From NCBI GenBank assembly GCA_965215185.1, contig OZ244034.1, forward strand, positions 2,592,001-2,656,000: DNA of 64,000 nt, read 5' to 3'. Shown one piece after another: positions 41,540 to 52,431 of the stretch. Position numbers and translations under genes: made by a program. The notes beneath the pieces were generated by a model. It made no database searches. It saw nothing but the letters and a program-made list of their open reading frames with translations, and was not told the origin of the DNA. Each line of letters opens with the position of its first letter. Within the stretch, counting starts at the first letter, position 1. The stretch comes from Acidimicrobiia bacterium. Its GTDB lineage: Bacteria; Actinomycetota; Acidimicrobiia; Spongiisociales; ZC4RG35.

Positions 41540-41571
41540 TGAATAGGCGGGATTGTGAATAGGCGGGATTG
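41540..41571. repeat. Perfect 16-bp tandem duplication in a divergent intergenic region
   Basis: tgaataggcgggattg x2. Confidence 0.9.
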
Positions 41572-41574
41572 CAG

Positions 41575-42681
41575 ATGAAACGTGTCTATGCCCGAGGTGG
41601 CGTTGCGATCGTCCGTGATGTGCCAGAGCCGGAGATTCGCAAGGGCGAAGTGCTGATAAAGACGGCATACTCCGCCATAAGCGTGGGCACCGAGATGTGG
41701 TTGATCGAAGGGTCAGCCGATCCCACCTTCACCAACCATGAGTATCCGCCAGATCCGCCGCGATGGCCGAAGACGCGAAGCCCGATCGGCCGGAATTATC
41801 CTCTGCCGCGCCCGCCGGACCCGGAGGCGATCTCATTGGGCTACAGCCTCTCAGGTCGTGTTGTAGACGTCGACGACCAGGTCACAGATCTCCGGGCCGG
41901 AGATGCAGTGGCTGCTTCCGGCTCGCAATGCGCTCATCACGCGGGAGTCGTAGCTGTTCCCAGAAGCCTGGTGGCCCGTGTCCCTGCGGGCTTACCCTTG
42001 CGTGATGCGGCGCTGGTAACTCTCGGCTCAGTGGCCGTGACAGCGTTGCGGGAGACCCGCTGCCAGTTCGGGGAGCGCATTGTGCTTTACGGTCTCGGGC
42101 TCCTCGGCCTACTAGCTGCCCAGGTGGGAAAGGCCGCCGGGTTCGACCTGATCGGTATCGAGATCGACGAGGGCCGGTTGAGTCTGGCCCGATCCATGGG
42201 TCTAGAGGTGATCAACCCGAACACGACGGATCCCGTGAGGAGGGTGAAGAATCTCACAGACGGCTTCGGCGCTGACGCGGTTATTCTCGGCCTCAAAACG
42301 GCGTCGAGCGAGGCCATGAATATGGCATTCGACATGTGCAGGCAACGTGCCCGAGTAGTCGCCCAAGGCTTGTTTGGCATGGAGGTGGAGCGTTCCCGTT
42401 TCTACGCGAACCAGGTGGAACTAGTTCCGGTTATCGGATACGGGCTCGGTCGTTACGACCCCGTCTACGAGGAAGGCAATACCGACTATCCGATTGGCCT
42501 CGGACGATGGACCGAGAACCGCAACCAGGAGTACTTCCTCCGGCTTCTGGTCGAGGGTCACGTCACCTCGAGACTGATCGCCCCCGTCTCGGTACCTATC
42601 GAGCGTGCGCCGGAGGCCTATGACATAATCCGAGGACCGGACCGTCCGCCAACCGTGCTACTCACTTACGAGGGCGGATAG
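41575..42681 (+). CDS. MDR-superfamily (alcohol dehydrogenase-like) oxidoreductase
   Basis: ISVGTE, LGYS.SG, GLGLLG, GRYDP.YEE..DYP...RWTE.RN. Confidence 0.82.
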   Translation: MKRVYARGGVAIVRDVPEPEIRKGEVLIKTAYSAISVGTEMWLIEGSADPTFTNHEYPPDPPRWPKTRSPIGRNYPLPRPPDPEAISLGYSLSGRVVDVDDQVTDLRAGDAVAASGSQCAHHAGVVAVPRSLVARVPAGLPLRDAALVTLGSVAVTALRETRCQFGERIVLYGLGLLGLLAAQVGKAAGFDLIGIEIDEGRLSLARSMGLEVINPNTTDPVRRVKNLTDGFGADAVILGLKTASSEAMNMAFDMCRQRARVVAQGLFGMEVERSRFYANQVELVPVIGYGLGRYDPVYEEGNTDYPIGLGRWTENRNQEYFLRLLVEGHVTSRLIAPVSVPIERAPEAYDIIRGPDRPPTVLLTYEGG

Positions 42682-44549
42682 TGAACAGAGGCAGACCGGT
42701 GTCTGCCAACGACCTAGGGGCGATTCGGTGGCCGCTGGACCCTGCCCTAAGCGCTGATGGCAAATCCCTGGCCTACGTAGTTTCCGGGGTCGACATGCGC
42801 CGCGACCACCTGGCCTATCGACTCCATCTTCGAAACCTCGACACCGGTCAGGATGAGGTGGACGGTGGGAGCCGGATCAGGAAACCCCTCTGGTCCCGCG
42901 ACGGCGAGTTGCTTGCCTATTTGAGGGAAACTCCTCGAGGCTGGCAGGTGGCGATTCACGGTCGGGGGAGCATCCTGACTGATGTGGCGGGGGGAGTGGC
43001 GACATTCGACTGGTCACCTTTAGGCGATCGGATTGTGGCTCTCCATGCGGGTGGCGAGCCGGCTTATCACAGGAGCGTTGGTCCGGCAGACCGCACCGAC
43101 GGATCCATCTTGGCCGATGTGGCGACCGGTGAAGTTCGGCGTCTGGCCACTGTCCCCGGGCCGATCCGGGTGGCCCGATGGTCCCCCTCGGGCGCGGAGG
43201 TCGGCCTGGTTGTCGGCGACGCAGTCGGTGACTCGCTGTGGCTGGCGCCGGCTGGAGGCGGCGTGCCCAGACAATTATTCTCATGGCAGGGGCCCATCAA
43301 CTCTTTCGAGTGGTCACCTGACGGCCAGTCAATCGCGGTCACCGGCCGACCGGAGGGTATTGATCCCTGGCTCAATAACGAGTTGTGGGTCGTGGACCCC
43401 GACGACAGAATACCTCCACAGCGGTTGGCGCCGGATCTCGATCGCAGCATCGGGCAGGTGGTCCGTGGTGATGACGAACGAGGCGTTATCCCCGTTGATG
43501 TCCAGTGGACCGGAAATGGAACGGCAGTGTTGGCTGTCTACGCCGATGGTGGTCGCAGCCTCCTCGGCGCTTTCGGATTAGATGGCACATTGCGTCCGGT
43601 TGCCGGAGGAGACCGGGCAATTCTCGACTTCTCAGCGTCCGGGGACACCGATCGAGTTGTCATCTCCTGGTCGGACGCCGGAAACCCCGGCGACCTCTCA
43701 CTCCTTGCCGGTGGCGAAGAGACTGCCGTCACCGATCTCAATGCCGGGTGGCTGTCGGCTATCGAGTTGGCGCCGACTTCTGTGATCACCACTCCCACAT
43801 CCAGAGCAACACGGGTCGAAGGCTGGCTGACCTCACCGGTCGGAGCAGATGAGCCATTTCCCCTGGTGGTCCAAGTACACGGTGGCCCGCACTATTCGGT
43901 GGGACAGCGATTCTCCTTCGACGCCCAGCGGCTGGCAGGTATGGGAATCGCTCTACTACGGAGCAATCCGCGGGGGAGCCAAGGCTATGGAACGGAGCAC
44001 GCTTCAGCGATCAGAGGGGATTGGGGCGGTGGGGACTTCGAAGACATCCTGTTGATCGTTGAAGCCGCCCTCGAAGCCGCTCTAATCGACTCCGAACGTT
44101 TGGGCATGATCGGTGAGAGCTACGGAGGATTCATGGTGAACTGGGCGCTAGGTCAAACTGGACGGTTCAGCGCCGGTGTGGCCGAAAACGGCATAAGCGA
44201 CCTCACCGCTATGGGGAGAGGGCGAAATGGCCGAGCCTTCTGGCACCTGGAGTTAGGGGGCAGCCCCGATGATCTGCCGGATCTATACACCGAGTTGTCC
44301 CCGCTCACACACGTCGGCTCGATCGACACTCCACTGCTTCTGATCCACGCCGAGGAGGACACCACATGCCCGATCGAGCAAAGCGAGATGATGCACGAGG
44401 CAATGAGCCCCTTAGGCAAGGAAGTGTCGATGTTCAGGGTTCAGGGCGAGGAGCACTTCGTCAACGTATTCGGCCGCCCATCCATGAGACGCCTCCGAAC
44501 GGACATCCTAGACTCGTTCCTGTTGGAACATCTCGATGTCATTTGGTGA
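42681..44549 (+). CDS. S9-family (acylaminoacyl/dipeptidyl) peptidase
   Basis: WSP.G propeller repeats, HGGP, GESYGG nucleophile, Asp and His of the triad. Confidence 0.9.
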   Translation: MNRGRPVSANDLGAIRWPLDPALSADGKSLAYVVSGVDMRRDHLAYRLHLRNLDTGQDEVDGGSRIRKPLWSRDGELLAYLRETPRGWQVAIHGRGSILTDVAGGVATFDWSPLGDRIVALHAGGEPAYHRSVGPADRTDGSILADVATGEVRRLATVPGPIRVARWSPSGAEVGLVVGDAVGDSLWLAPAGGGVPRQLFSWQGPINSFEWSPDGQSIAVTGRPEGIDPWLNNELWVVDPDDRIPPQRLAPDLDRSIGQVVRGDDERGVIPVDVQWTGNGTAVLAVYADGGRSLLGAFGLDGTLRPVAGGDRAILDFSASGDTDRVVISWSDAGNPGDLSLLAGGEETAVTDLNAGWLSAIELAPTSVITTPTSRATRVEGWLTSPVGADEPFPLVVQVHGGPHYSVGQRFSFDAQRLAGMGIALLRSNPRGSQGYGTEHASAIRGDWGGGDFEDILLIVEAALEAALIDSERLGMIGESYGGFMVNWALGQTGRFSAGVAENGISDLTAMGRGRNGRAFWHLELGGSPDDLPDLYTELSPLTHVGSIDTPLLLIHAEEDTTCPIEQSEMMHEAMSPLGKEVSMFRVQGEEHFVNVFGRPSMRRLRTDILDSFLLEHLDVIW

Positions 44550-44591
44550 CGCAGTAGATGTGAGGAGCCATCCGGACGGCAGGAGAGCTCG

Positions 44592-45743
44592 ATGAGAGTC
44601 ATGGATTACGAGTGTTTCGTGGTGAGCCACGAGCTCGATCCCCGCACCGGACCCTCCATCGCCTACAGCAGCGCCCACTCCTACGTTGTCGTGAGGATCA
44701 CCGGATCGCTGGGCCACATGGGGTGGGGCGAGACGTACAGGGCTCCGGGAGTGCTGGCGACTGTCGAGGAAACGCTCCGGTCGGTTTCCGGTAAGGAGGA
44801 TTCGCTGCGGTCGCTGTTGCGGGAGGTCCGCTGGGTCGCCGGAGGTCTCGAGGGTGGAGGCTTCGCCAACTCCGCAGTTGCCATCGCCCTGGAGGATCTC
44901 CGAGCCAAGGAGCTAGGTGTACCCATCAGCGAGATGTTTGGCGGTCCGACTCGCTGGCGAGTGCGGATGTACGCGGCCAGCGGAGGCTACGTGGAGGGTT
45001 TGCCCCCCGAGGAAACCTGGCCGCAAGAGTACGATCGAGTCCGGAAAGCCGGCTTCACCGCCATGAAGTTGCGGGTCGGAGGGTACCCGATCGAGCACGA
45101 AGCTCCTCTCTTGGAGCAGCTGCGAGTCGGTGCGCCCCACGACTTCGACCTCCTGGCGGACGGAAACGCCGCATACACTTTCAAGGAGTCAGTTCGCATG
45201 GGGAAAGTCATGGAGAAGCTCGGCTTCCTGTGGTTCGAGGAGCCCATGGAACAGCGGAGCGGATATGTCGGATATGGCCGTCTCCGGGACCTACTCGAAA
45301 TCCCTCTGGCTGGGGGAGAGGCCCTGATGACTCGTATACGAGCGCGTCAGCTCTTCGAAGCGCATAGTGTTGACATCGTACAGCCGGATCCGGTAATAGC
45401 CGGCGGCGTTACCGAGGTTCTCGCTATCGCAGAACTGGCCGCTCTGTACGGAATCGTCACCGTTCCTCATACATCGAACTCGGCCATCGGCATTGCCGCG
45501 GCTCTGCAGGTCATCGCCTGCCTACCCGACTACACGAGGTCGCCCTCAACACTGCAGCCGCTGCTCGAATACGGGGTCGACGACAGTCCATGGCGCCGGG
45601 ACCTGCTCACTAGCGACTTCGAGATCTCTGACGGACGGGTCACGATTCCTACCGGCCCGGGTTTGGGGGTAGAGATCGCAGAAGACTATCTGCGATCCGT
45701 TGCAGTGGAGCGCCGGTCCGGTCCGGGCCACGGGGGCGTCTGA
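44592..45743 (+). CDS. Mandelate racemase/enolase-superfamily enzyme
   Basis: GWGE, MKLR, ADGN, WFEEP, GGE, QPD, PGLG. Confidence 0.88.
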   Translation: MRVMDYECFVVSHELDPRTGPSIAYSSAHSYVVVRITGSLGHMGWGETYRAPGVLATVEETLRSVSGKEDSLRSLLREVRWVAGGLEGGGFANSAVAIALEDLRAKELGVPISEMFGGPTRWRVRMYAASGGYVEGLPPEETWPQEYDRVRKAGFTAMKLRVGGYPIEHEAPLLEQLRVGAPHDFDLLADGNAAYTFKESVRMGKVMEKLGFLWFEEPMEQRSGYVGYGRLRDLLEIPLAGGEALMTRIRARQLFEAHSVDIVQPDPVIAGGVTEVLAIAELAALYGIVTVPHTSNSAIGIAAALQVIACLPDYTRSPSTLQPLLEYGVDDSPWRRDLLTSDFEISDGRVTIPTGPGLGVEIAEDYLRSVAVERRSGPGHGGV

Positions 45744-45750
45744 TCCGGCG

Positions 45751-46191
45751 ATGCAGGAGAAACGGGATATGAGACCACTTCCTGGGGCCGAGACTGAGCG
45801 ATTCCTGCGAGGGCAGCCCAACCTCGTCCTGGGCACGACACGGCGTGACGGATCACCCCAGTCTTCACCCCTGTGGTACCTGTGGACAGGCGTTTCGTTT
45901 CTTATGTCGACCGTCTCCTGGACGGCGAAATGGCACAACCTGAGGCGTGACCCAAGGTGCTCTGTTTGTGTAGACGATCCGGAAACCGGAAGGATGGTCG
46001 TGGCCTACGGAGAGGCCGAGCTTCACGAGGGTGACGTTCGCGAGCGGACTAGAGGGATTGTCGATAAGTACTACCCCTTTGACCAAGCCGCCGCTGATGC
46101 TCATATGGAACGGATCTTCACCTCGCCCGACCCCCGTGTGTTGATCGAGGTGGCGCCGACCAGGCTGATCGCCAGAAGGCTGGATCAGTGA
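45751..46191 (+). CDS. PPOX-class (F420-dependent-type) split-barrel oxidoreductase
   Basis: GTTRRDGSPQ, K..NLRRDPR. Confidence 0.8.
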   Translation: MQEKRDMRPLPGAETERFLRGQPNLVLGTTRRDGSPQSSPLWYLWTGVSFLMSTVSWTAKWHNLRRDPRCSVCVDDPETGRMVVAYGEAELHEGDVRERTRGIVDKYYPFDQAAADAHMERIFTSPDPRVLIEVAPTRLIARRLDQ

Positions 46192-46219
46192 ACGCTGGTT
46201 TAGGTTAGGTCTGGTAACC

Positions 46220-48337
46220 ATGACTTCAGGTGTTGTCTCACCCGCCGGCGATGGACAAGGCTCTGATGGTTCGGCGCTTCTCCGGGTGCGAGACCTGAAA
46301 GTGCGATTCAGAACGGGCCAGGGCACGATTCACGCTGTCAACGGACTCAGTCTTGACCTCGACCCAGGTGAGACTCTCGCAATCGTGGGAGAGTCAGCAT
46401 CGGGAAAGTCGGTCACGGCCCTTGCCATCATGGGTCTCCTGCCGCCTGAAGCCGATATCGAGGGATCGGTTCGATTGAAGGGTCGCGAATTGCTTGGGCT
46501 CCCGGATAAAAAGATGCGAACTGTCCGCGGCCGTCACATCGGGATGGTGTTCCAGGACGCAATGACATCTTTGGATCCAGTCTTTACGGTAGGCAACCAG
46601 ATCGTCGAGGCTATCAGAGCGCACCGAAAGGACATATCGTCGAAAGAAGCCGAGGCTCGAGCCGTCGAGCTCCTCGACCTAGTCGGGATCGCTGCCGCAT
46701 CGAAGCGGATCCACGACTTTCCTCACGAAATGTCCGGCGGGATGCGGCAGCGGGCAATGATCGCCATCGCCATTGCCAACGATCCGAGCATCCTAATTGC
46801 CGACGAGCCAACCACGGCCCTAGATGTCACGATCCAGGCACAGGTGATGGACGCACTAGCCTTGGCACAGGAAACGACCGGTGCAGCCATCTTGTTGATC
46901 ACCCACGATCTCGGTCTCGTGGCGAGTCACGCGGATCGCGTGCAGGTCATGTATGGCGGCTTCACCTTCGAGGCTGGTGGATCCGATGAGGTCTTCTACA
47001 GGAGCAAGAACCCGTACACGCGGGGTCTTCTCAGTGCGATCCCGAGGGCCGACCGGCGGGACGAGAGACTGCAACTCATACGCGGTTCGCCTCCCACGGC
47101 TGTGCTCAACCCGGTGGGCTGTGTCTTCGCGCCGAGGTGTGACTACGCACAAGACATCTGTACGGAGCAACGTCCGGCACTGGTTCAAATTGGTGAAGGA
47201 CACGTTTCCAGGTGCCACTTCGCCGCCGCGATCGACCGGCTTGCCGGGAACCAGCCCGCCGGACCTCGAGAGTTGCGTGACTTGCGGGGCTCGGCAAGGG
47301 TCACCGACTCTGCGGCCCCGACTCCGCCGGTTCTCGAAGTCACCGATCTGGTTAAGCACTTCCCTGTCAGGCGGGGCTTCTTCAGGCGTGTTGTGGGCTC
47401 TGTCAAGGCGGTGAACGGTGTGAGCCTCACAGTCGACCGCCAGCAGTCGCTTGGAATCGTGGGGGAGAGCGGCAGCGGTAAGACCACCCTTGCCCGTTGC
47501 ATCCTCAGAATGACCGAACCGACCTCAGGATCGATCCGCTTTCTCGGACGAGAGCTAACCGAGGCGGACGCAGCAACCATGCGGCGGCTGCGAAACAATC
47601 TTCAGCTTGTTTTCCAGGATCCCTATGCCTCGCTCAACCCCCGGATGACCGTTCGGCAGATCGTCGGTGAGCCCCTCAAGATCCAGGGCTGGGACCAAAC
47701 GCGGGCGCGCACGCGGATTGGCGATCTGATTGAGGCGGTCGGCCTTTCGACCAGTCACCTAAACCGATATCCCCATGAGTTTTCGGGGGGACAGCGGCAG
47801 CGGATAGGCATCGCCCGCTCACTGGCCCTCGGACCGGATCTGGTCATACTCGACGAGCCTGTCTCGGCGTTGGACGTCTCGGTTCAAGCCCAGGTCCTCA
47901 ATATGCTCGACAGTTTGCAGGCTGAGTTCGACCTGGCCTTCATATACATTGCCCACGACCTGTCTGTGGTGCGACACGTCTCCGATTTCGTGGCGGTCAT
48001 GTATCTGGGAAAGATCGTCGAGACGGCAGACAGCGATCAGCTATACGAGAACCCTGCGCACCCGTACACACAGTCGCTTCTCTCGGCGGTGCCGGTTCCC
48101 GACCCGATCAATGCCCGAAGACAGCAGCGCGTGATTCTCAAGGGCGACATTCCCGACCCGTCGGAGTTGCCGCCAGGATGTGCGTTTCATACCCGCTGCC
48201 CTATCGTCCAGGACCGCTGCCGGGTCGAGACACCGCTTCTGGAAGAGGTGTCACCGGGTCACTTCGCCTCCTGCCACTTTGCGTTGAGGCCGGGAGAGAC
48301 ATTGGACAAAGCACTCCGTCAAAGCAGTACAACATAA
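46220..48337 (+). CDS. Fused two-domain peptide ABC ATP-binding protein
   Basis: Two Walker A motifs (GESASGKS, GESGSGKT) and two signature motifs. Confidence 0.92.
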   Translation: MTSGVVSPAGDGQGSDGSALLRVRDLKVRFRTGQGTIHAVNGLSLDLDPGETLAIVGESASGKSVTALAIMGLLPPEADIEGSVRLKGRELLGLPDKKMRTVRGRHIGMVFQDAMTSLDPVFTVGNQIVEAIRAHRKDISSKEAEARAVELLDLVGIAAASKRIHDFPHEMSGGMRQRAMIAIAIANDPSILIADEPTTALDVTIQAQVMDALALAQETTGAAILLITHDLGLVASHADRVQVMYGGFTFEAGGSDEVFYRSKNPYTRGLLSAIPRADRRDERLQLIRGSPPTAVLNPVGCVFAPRCDYAQDICTEQRPALVQIGEGHVSRCHFAAAIDRLAGNQPAGPRELRDLRGSARVTDSAAPTPPVLEVTDLVKHFPVRRGFFRRVVGSVKAVNGVSLTVDRQQSLGIVGESGSGKTTLARCILRMTEPTSGSIRFLGRELTEADAATMRRLRNNLQLVFQDPYASLNPRMTVRQIVGEPLKIQGWDQTRARTRIGDLIEAVGLSTSHLNRYPHEFSGGQRQRIGIARSLALGPDLVILDEPVSALDVSVQAQVLNMLDSLQAEFDLAFIYIAHDLSVVRHVSDFVAVMYLGKIVETADSDQLYENPAHPYTQSLLSAVPVPDPINARRQQRVILKGDIPDPSELPPGCAFHTRCPIVQDRCRVETPLLEEVSPGHFASCHFALRPGETLDKALRQSSTT

Positions 48338-48549
48338 AATTACCGGGCTATCCATGCGAGGGGATCCTGTTGACCGTTAGGATCAATTCCAGCCCCGTGT
48401 GACGGTCGGCAAGGGCCCCTTTGGGCGCCGCTGATCATTTGACGGGCATCCCTCTTCCGTCACGTGAGTATGGACCATTGGTTTGTGTTGGGTCGATTCC
48501 TAAGCGATGACGGTCGAGGGGCAGTGTTCTACGCGGAAAGGAACGAGAC

Positions 48550-50376
48550 ATGGGATCGCACAAAATGAAGAGATGGGTCGTAGTCCTGCTGGCGTTTGCC
48601 CTGGTGGCGAGCGCCTGCGCAGCAGACGATGACACCGTCGACACAACAGCCCCCGCCCCCGCCCCTACGACCACAACCACGGCGGTGATGGACGATGGCG
48701 GTGATGAAGCCCCCGCCCCCACGACCACAACCACGGCGGTGATGGACGATGGCGGTGATGAAGCCCCCGCCCCCACGACCACAACCACGGCGGTGATGGA
48801 CGATGACAGTACCACAGAAACGACTGCTGCGAGTACTGACGGCGGGGTGGAAGCCCCGGACACACTCAATATTCATGTTGGCGAGTTCGCCACTTTGAAC
48901 CCTTTCCTCTCCAGCGGCATCGGCCGCGGGACGGTTACAGCCGTGATCTACCAGCCGCTGGTTTTCATAGGACCTGACAACACCGTTCATGGTGGAGCTG
49001 CGGAGTCCTGGGAGATAAGCGGCGATGGTCTCACGATCACCTTCCATCTGCGAGATGACCTGATTTGGAGCGATGGTGAGCCTTTCACGTCCGAAGATGT
49101 CCTTTGGAGCATCTCGAAGTATCTCACCGCCGACCTGAGCCTCTGGGCCAACCGGATCGGTGGCGTCCTCGGTCAGGGTGAAGGGGATGTGCCCGCGGGT
49201 CTGAGCGCCCCCGACGACCACACTTTTGTGGTCCAGCTCGCCGGATCCAATCCGCCATGGCTGAGTATTCTGGCGGCGCAGGGTTTCGTGATCTCGATGC
49301 TCCCCGAGCATGTGCTGGGTGGCATGTCCAACGAGGAACTCGCTACAACGGAGTACTTCAACGAGGCACCTGTCACGCTCGGTCCTTACAAGTTCGTTCG
49401 TTGGGAACGAGACCAGTTTGTGGAGCTGGAAGCCGACCCGAATTGGCCTGCTTCGGTCGCGTTCGACAGGGTGAGATTCAGCCTTCTCCAGACCGATGTG
49501 GCAACCGCTCAACTCGAGACAGAAGACCTGCACCTTTCAACCCAGATCGCGCCTCTTGATGTAGCGCGGCTCCAAGCGTTGGACAACGTCGTGATCCAGA
49601 CGGTTACCGGAGTCTGGCCCGAGGTTCTGCAGTTCTTCGTGGATCAGCCGGAACTCGCCGACCCGCGTGTTCGCCAGGCAATGGCATACGCGCTGGATCT
49701 CGAAGGGCTCTGCCGGGAGGTGCTGGTGGGCTACTGCACGGTCACCAGGGACCAGGTTCGCCTTCTGGCGCCTGCCTGGGCGATTCCCACTGAAGGCATG
49801 ATCGTGTATGAGTACAACCCCGACCGCGCTCGCGAGCTACTCGCCGAAGCCGGATGGGATTCCGGTACCAAGTTGACCCTGCTCAACATCGGGGGTCAGG
49901 ACCGTATCCGTAACACCGAGTCGGTAATCATCCAGGCAAACTTTGCCGCGGTGGGCATCAGCTTGAACGTCCTGGCTACAGACGTCGGAACGCTGCTCGA
50001 CATCGGACGCAATGCGGATCGCCGCGGAGAGATCCATATGTTCCTCAACCGTGGCGCTCACTTTTCTGCCGACCCGAATCAGGTATCCCCGTACAACAGT
50101 TGTCACACCCACTATCCGAACGGCGCAAACCTGTCGTGGTTTTGCCGCGACGACCTTGATGCGCTCTGGGAGCGAGGGCTTCAGGTGGCCTCGCCCGAGG
50201 AGCGTGCGCCGATTTACCACGAGGCGTTCAGGATCCTCAACGCTGACATCGACTCGTTGAACCTTTACTGGCCCGAGACGATCGTGGCTCACGCAGGTGC
50301 CCTGAGGGGTGTGCAACCGGTCGGCCAGCCGGAGCACGTCACTTGGAACATCGCGGACTGGACATGGGGAGGTTGA
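48550..50376 (+). CDS. Family-5 ABC substrate-binding lipoprotein
   Basis: VASAC lipobox, WSDGEPFT.EDV, GPYKF, VRQAM.YALD. Confidence 0.9.
   Translation: MGSHKMKRWVVVLLAFALVASACAADDDTVDTTAPAPAPTTTTTAVMDDGGDEAPAPTTTTTAVMDDGGDEAPAPTTTTTAVMDDDSTTETTAASTDGGVEAPDTLNIHVGEFATLNPFLSSGIGRGTVTAVIYQPLVFIGPDNTVHGGAAESWEISGDGLTITFHLRDDLIWSDGEPFTSEDVLWSISKYLTADLSLWANRIGGVLGQGEGDVPAGLSAPDDHTFVVQLAGSNPPWLSILAAQGFVISMLPEHVLGGMSNEELATTEYFNEAPVTLGPYKFVRWERDQFVELEADPNWPASVAFDRVRFSLLQTDVATAQLETEDLHLSTQIAPLDVARLQALDNVVIQTVTGVWPEVLQFFVDQPELADPRVRQAMAYALDLEGLCREVLVGYCTVTRDQVRLLAPAWAIPTEGMIVYEYNPDRARELLAEAGWDSGTKLTLLNIGGQDRIRNTESVIIQANFAAVGISLNVLATDVGTLLDIGRNADRRGEIHMFLNRGAHFSADPNQVSPYNSCHTHYPNGANLSWFCRDDLDALWERGLQVASPEERAPIYHEAFRILNADIDSLNLYWPETIVAHAGALRGVQPVGQPEHVTWNIADWTWGG
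48655..48805. repeat. 54-bp coding tandem repeat (~2.8 copies)
   Basis: Encodes APAPTTTTTAVMDDGGDE; units start at 48655, 48709 and 48763. Confidence 0.93.
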
Positions 50377-50414
50377 GCAACTCTCGTTGAACACCGAACC
50401 TTTAATGTCATGTG

Positions 50415-50445
50415 GTTGGGGGCGTCCGATTGGACGCCCCCAACC
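50415..50445. other. Intercistronic hairpin after the SBP gene
   Basis: gttgggggcgtcc-gatt-ggacgcccccaac. Confidence 0.7.
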
Positions 50446-50505
50446 CGATCACGATCCTTGTAAGGATTTCACTGGCCGCTAACGGATGGAAGTTTGGAAG
50501 GACTG

Positions 50506-51468
50506 ATGGGCCGATACGTTCTCAGGCGTTTGCTGACCTCCATTCCGGTCGTGACCGGCATCATGCTCCTCTCCTTCGTCCTGGTGCAGTCGATGCCTGG
50601 AGACCCGCTGCTCATGCTGATTCCACCCGACCTGCTGCAGGGGGCCGAAGGCCAGGCATTTCTCGCTGCGCAGAGAGAACGATTCGGACTTGATGATCCG
50701 TTAATCGTGCAGTTCTTCAGGTGGGTCGGTGAACTCTTCCAGGGAAATCTCGGTTTCTCATTCCACCTGGGCAAGCCCGTCACCGAGATACTGGGCGATA
50801 GGGCGGGTCCCAGCTTGATACTTATGGGGGGGTCGATGCTGGTAGCTCTGGTGATCGCAGTTCCCACTGGACTCGTAGCGGCCCTGCGCAGGAACAGAGC
50901 CTTCGACTATGTCGCCTCGGCTGTCGGGATGTCGGTCATTGCCATTCCCAGCTTCTTCACAGCTCTCGCTGTCATCTACATCTTCGGTGTCAAGCTGCGC
51001 TGGCTTCCGCCCGGGGGGATGGGAGAGGAGGGGATCGGTGACTTTCTCATCCACGCCATCATGCCGATCGGAGTTCTCAGCGCCGCCCTGTTCGGCCCCT
51101 ACATGCGATACACCCGGCAGTCCGCCCTCGAGGTGCTCAACGAGCCCTACATAACCGCCGCCCGCGCACGCGGCGTCTCGAGAAGCCTGGTTGTCGGAAA
51201 GCACACACTGAAAAACGCTGCCATCCCGATAGCCACCGTCACGGTCGTTCAGATCCCGCTCCTCGTTGGCGGGGCAATAGTCATCGAGAAGATGTTCGCC
51301 TGGCCGGGTACAGGGCTGATCGTCTTCAATGCGATCACCACGCGAGACTTCCCGGTGATCATCGGCTTTACGCTGCTGGTGGCTCTGATCGTGGTCTTGT
51401 CACAACTCTTCCTCGACCTATTCATAGGGTGGCTCGATCCCCGCGTGCGTATCGAAGGAGCGCAATGA
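50506..51468 (+). CDS. Peptide ABC permease (DppB-like)
   Basis: PGDP, AARARG, LDPRV. Confidence 0.9.
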   Translation: MGRYVLRRLLTSIPVVTGIMLLSFVLVQSMPGDPLLMLIPPDLLQGAEGQAFLAAQRERFGLDDPLIVQFFRWVGELFQGNLGFSFHLGKPVTEILGDRAGPSLILMGGSMLVALVIAVPTGLVAALRRNRAFDYVASAVGMSVIAIPSFFTALAVIYIFGVKLRWLPPGGMGEEGIGDFLIHAIMPIGVLSAALFGPYMRYTRQSALEVLNEPYITAARARGVSRSLVVGKHTLKNAAIPIATVTVVQIPLLVGGAIVIEKMFAWPGTGLIVFNAITTRDFPVIIGFTLLVALIVVLSQLFLDLFIGWLDPRVRIEGAQ

Positions 51469-52424
51469 CCAGGCCCGGCGCCCGAGGCAGGTTCCTTTCT
51501 CCTGCCGACGTGCAGGAGGTGTCGGACGCACTCATCGAAGAACTGGAAGGCGCTGCGAAGTCCGCCAAGAGTCACCAGAGCCCCTCAAGGAGGGCTTGGC
51601 GCCGATTCCGACGGAACAAGTTGGCGATGTCGGGTCTGGTGTTTCTCGTCTTCGTTGTGGTGCTGTCGGCCCTCGGCCCGCTGATCGCCCCGGACCCTTT
51701 AGCCATCGATTTGGCGGCTGTCCTCAGGCCACCTGCTTGGGAATATTGGCTTGGCACAGACCAGGCAGGCCGTGATGTCTTCGCTCGGGTTGTCTCCGGG
51801 GGACGAGTCTCATTGACCATCGGCTTTGCCTCGGCGATCTCCACCGTCCTGGTCGGCTTGGTGCTCGGAACAATCGCCGGATACCGGGGTGGGGTCTTTG
51901 ACTGGTTCTTCATGCGCCTTGTCGAGGTGGTCCTCTCCTTCCCAACCCTGGTGCTGATCATCTTTTTCGTCACGCGATTCGGGCGCAGTGTCACGAGCAT
52001 CGTTCTCGTGATGGCGCTGTTTCAGTGGCCGATCGCAGGGAGGTTGGTCAGGAACATGAGTGTCGCTGTGAAGGAACTAGAGTTCGTGCAGGCGGCGCGT
52101 GCGTTCGGGGCCAAGGGTTTCCACACGGCGGTTCGACACGTCCTCCCCTCGGCGGTGGGCCCGCTGACTGTGGCCGGCACCCTGCTGGTGGCACAGGCAA
52201 TCCTTATCGAGTCCGCGCTGTCGTTTCTGGGGTTCGGGATTTCACCCCCCACGGCGACATGGGGAAGCATCTTGAACGAGGCGCAGTCGCTGACAATCCT
52301 CGAGACAATGCCCTGGCTCTGGATCCCGGCCGGCCTGCTGATCACTCTCACGGTGCTGGCCATCAACTTCGTGGGTGACGGGCTGCGAGATGGACTGGAT
52401 CCACGGGCAAGCGAAATGACCTGA
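51465..52424 (+). CDS. Peptide ABC permease (DppC-like)
   Basis: LGTDQAGRD, LSFLG, GDGLRD.LDP. Confidence 0.9.
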   Translation: MTRPGARGRFLSPADVQEVSDALIEELEGAAKSAKSHQSPSRRAWRRFRRNKLAMSGLVFLVFVVVLSALGPLIAPDPLAIDLAAVLRPPAWEYWLGTDQAGRDVFARVVSGGRVSLTIGFASAISTVLVGLVLGTIAGYRGGVFDWFFMRLVEVVLSFPTLVLIIFFVTRFGRSVTSIVLVMALFQWPIAGRLVRNMSVAVKELEFVQAARAFGAKGFHTAVRHVLPSAVGPLTVAGTLLVAQAILIESALSFLGFGISPPTATWGSILNEAQSLTILETMPWLWIPAGLLITLTVLAINFVGDGLRDGLDPRASEMT

Positions 52425-52431
52425 TCCCGAA

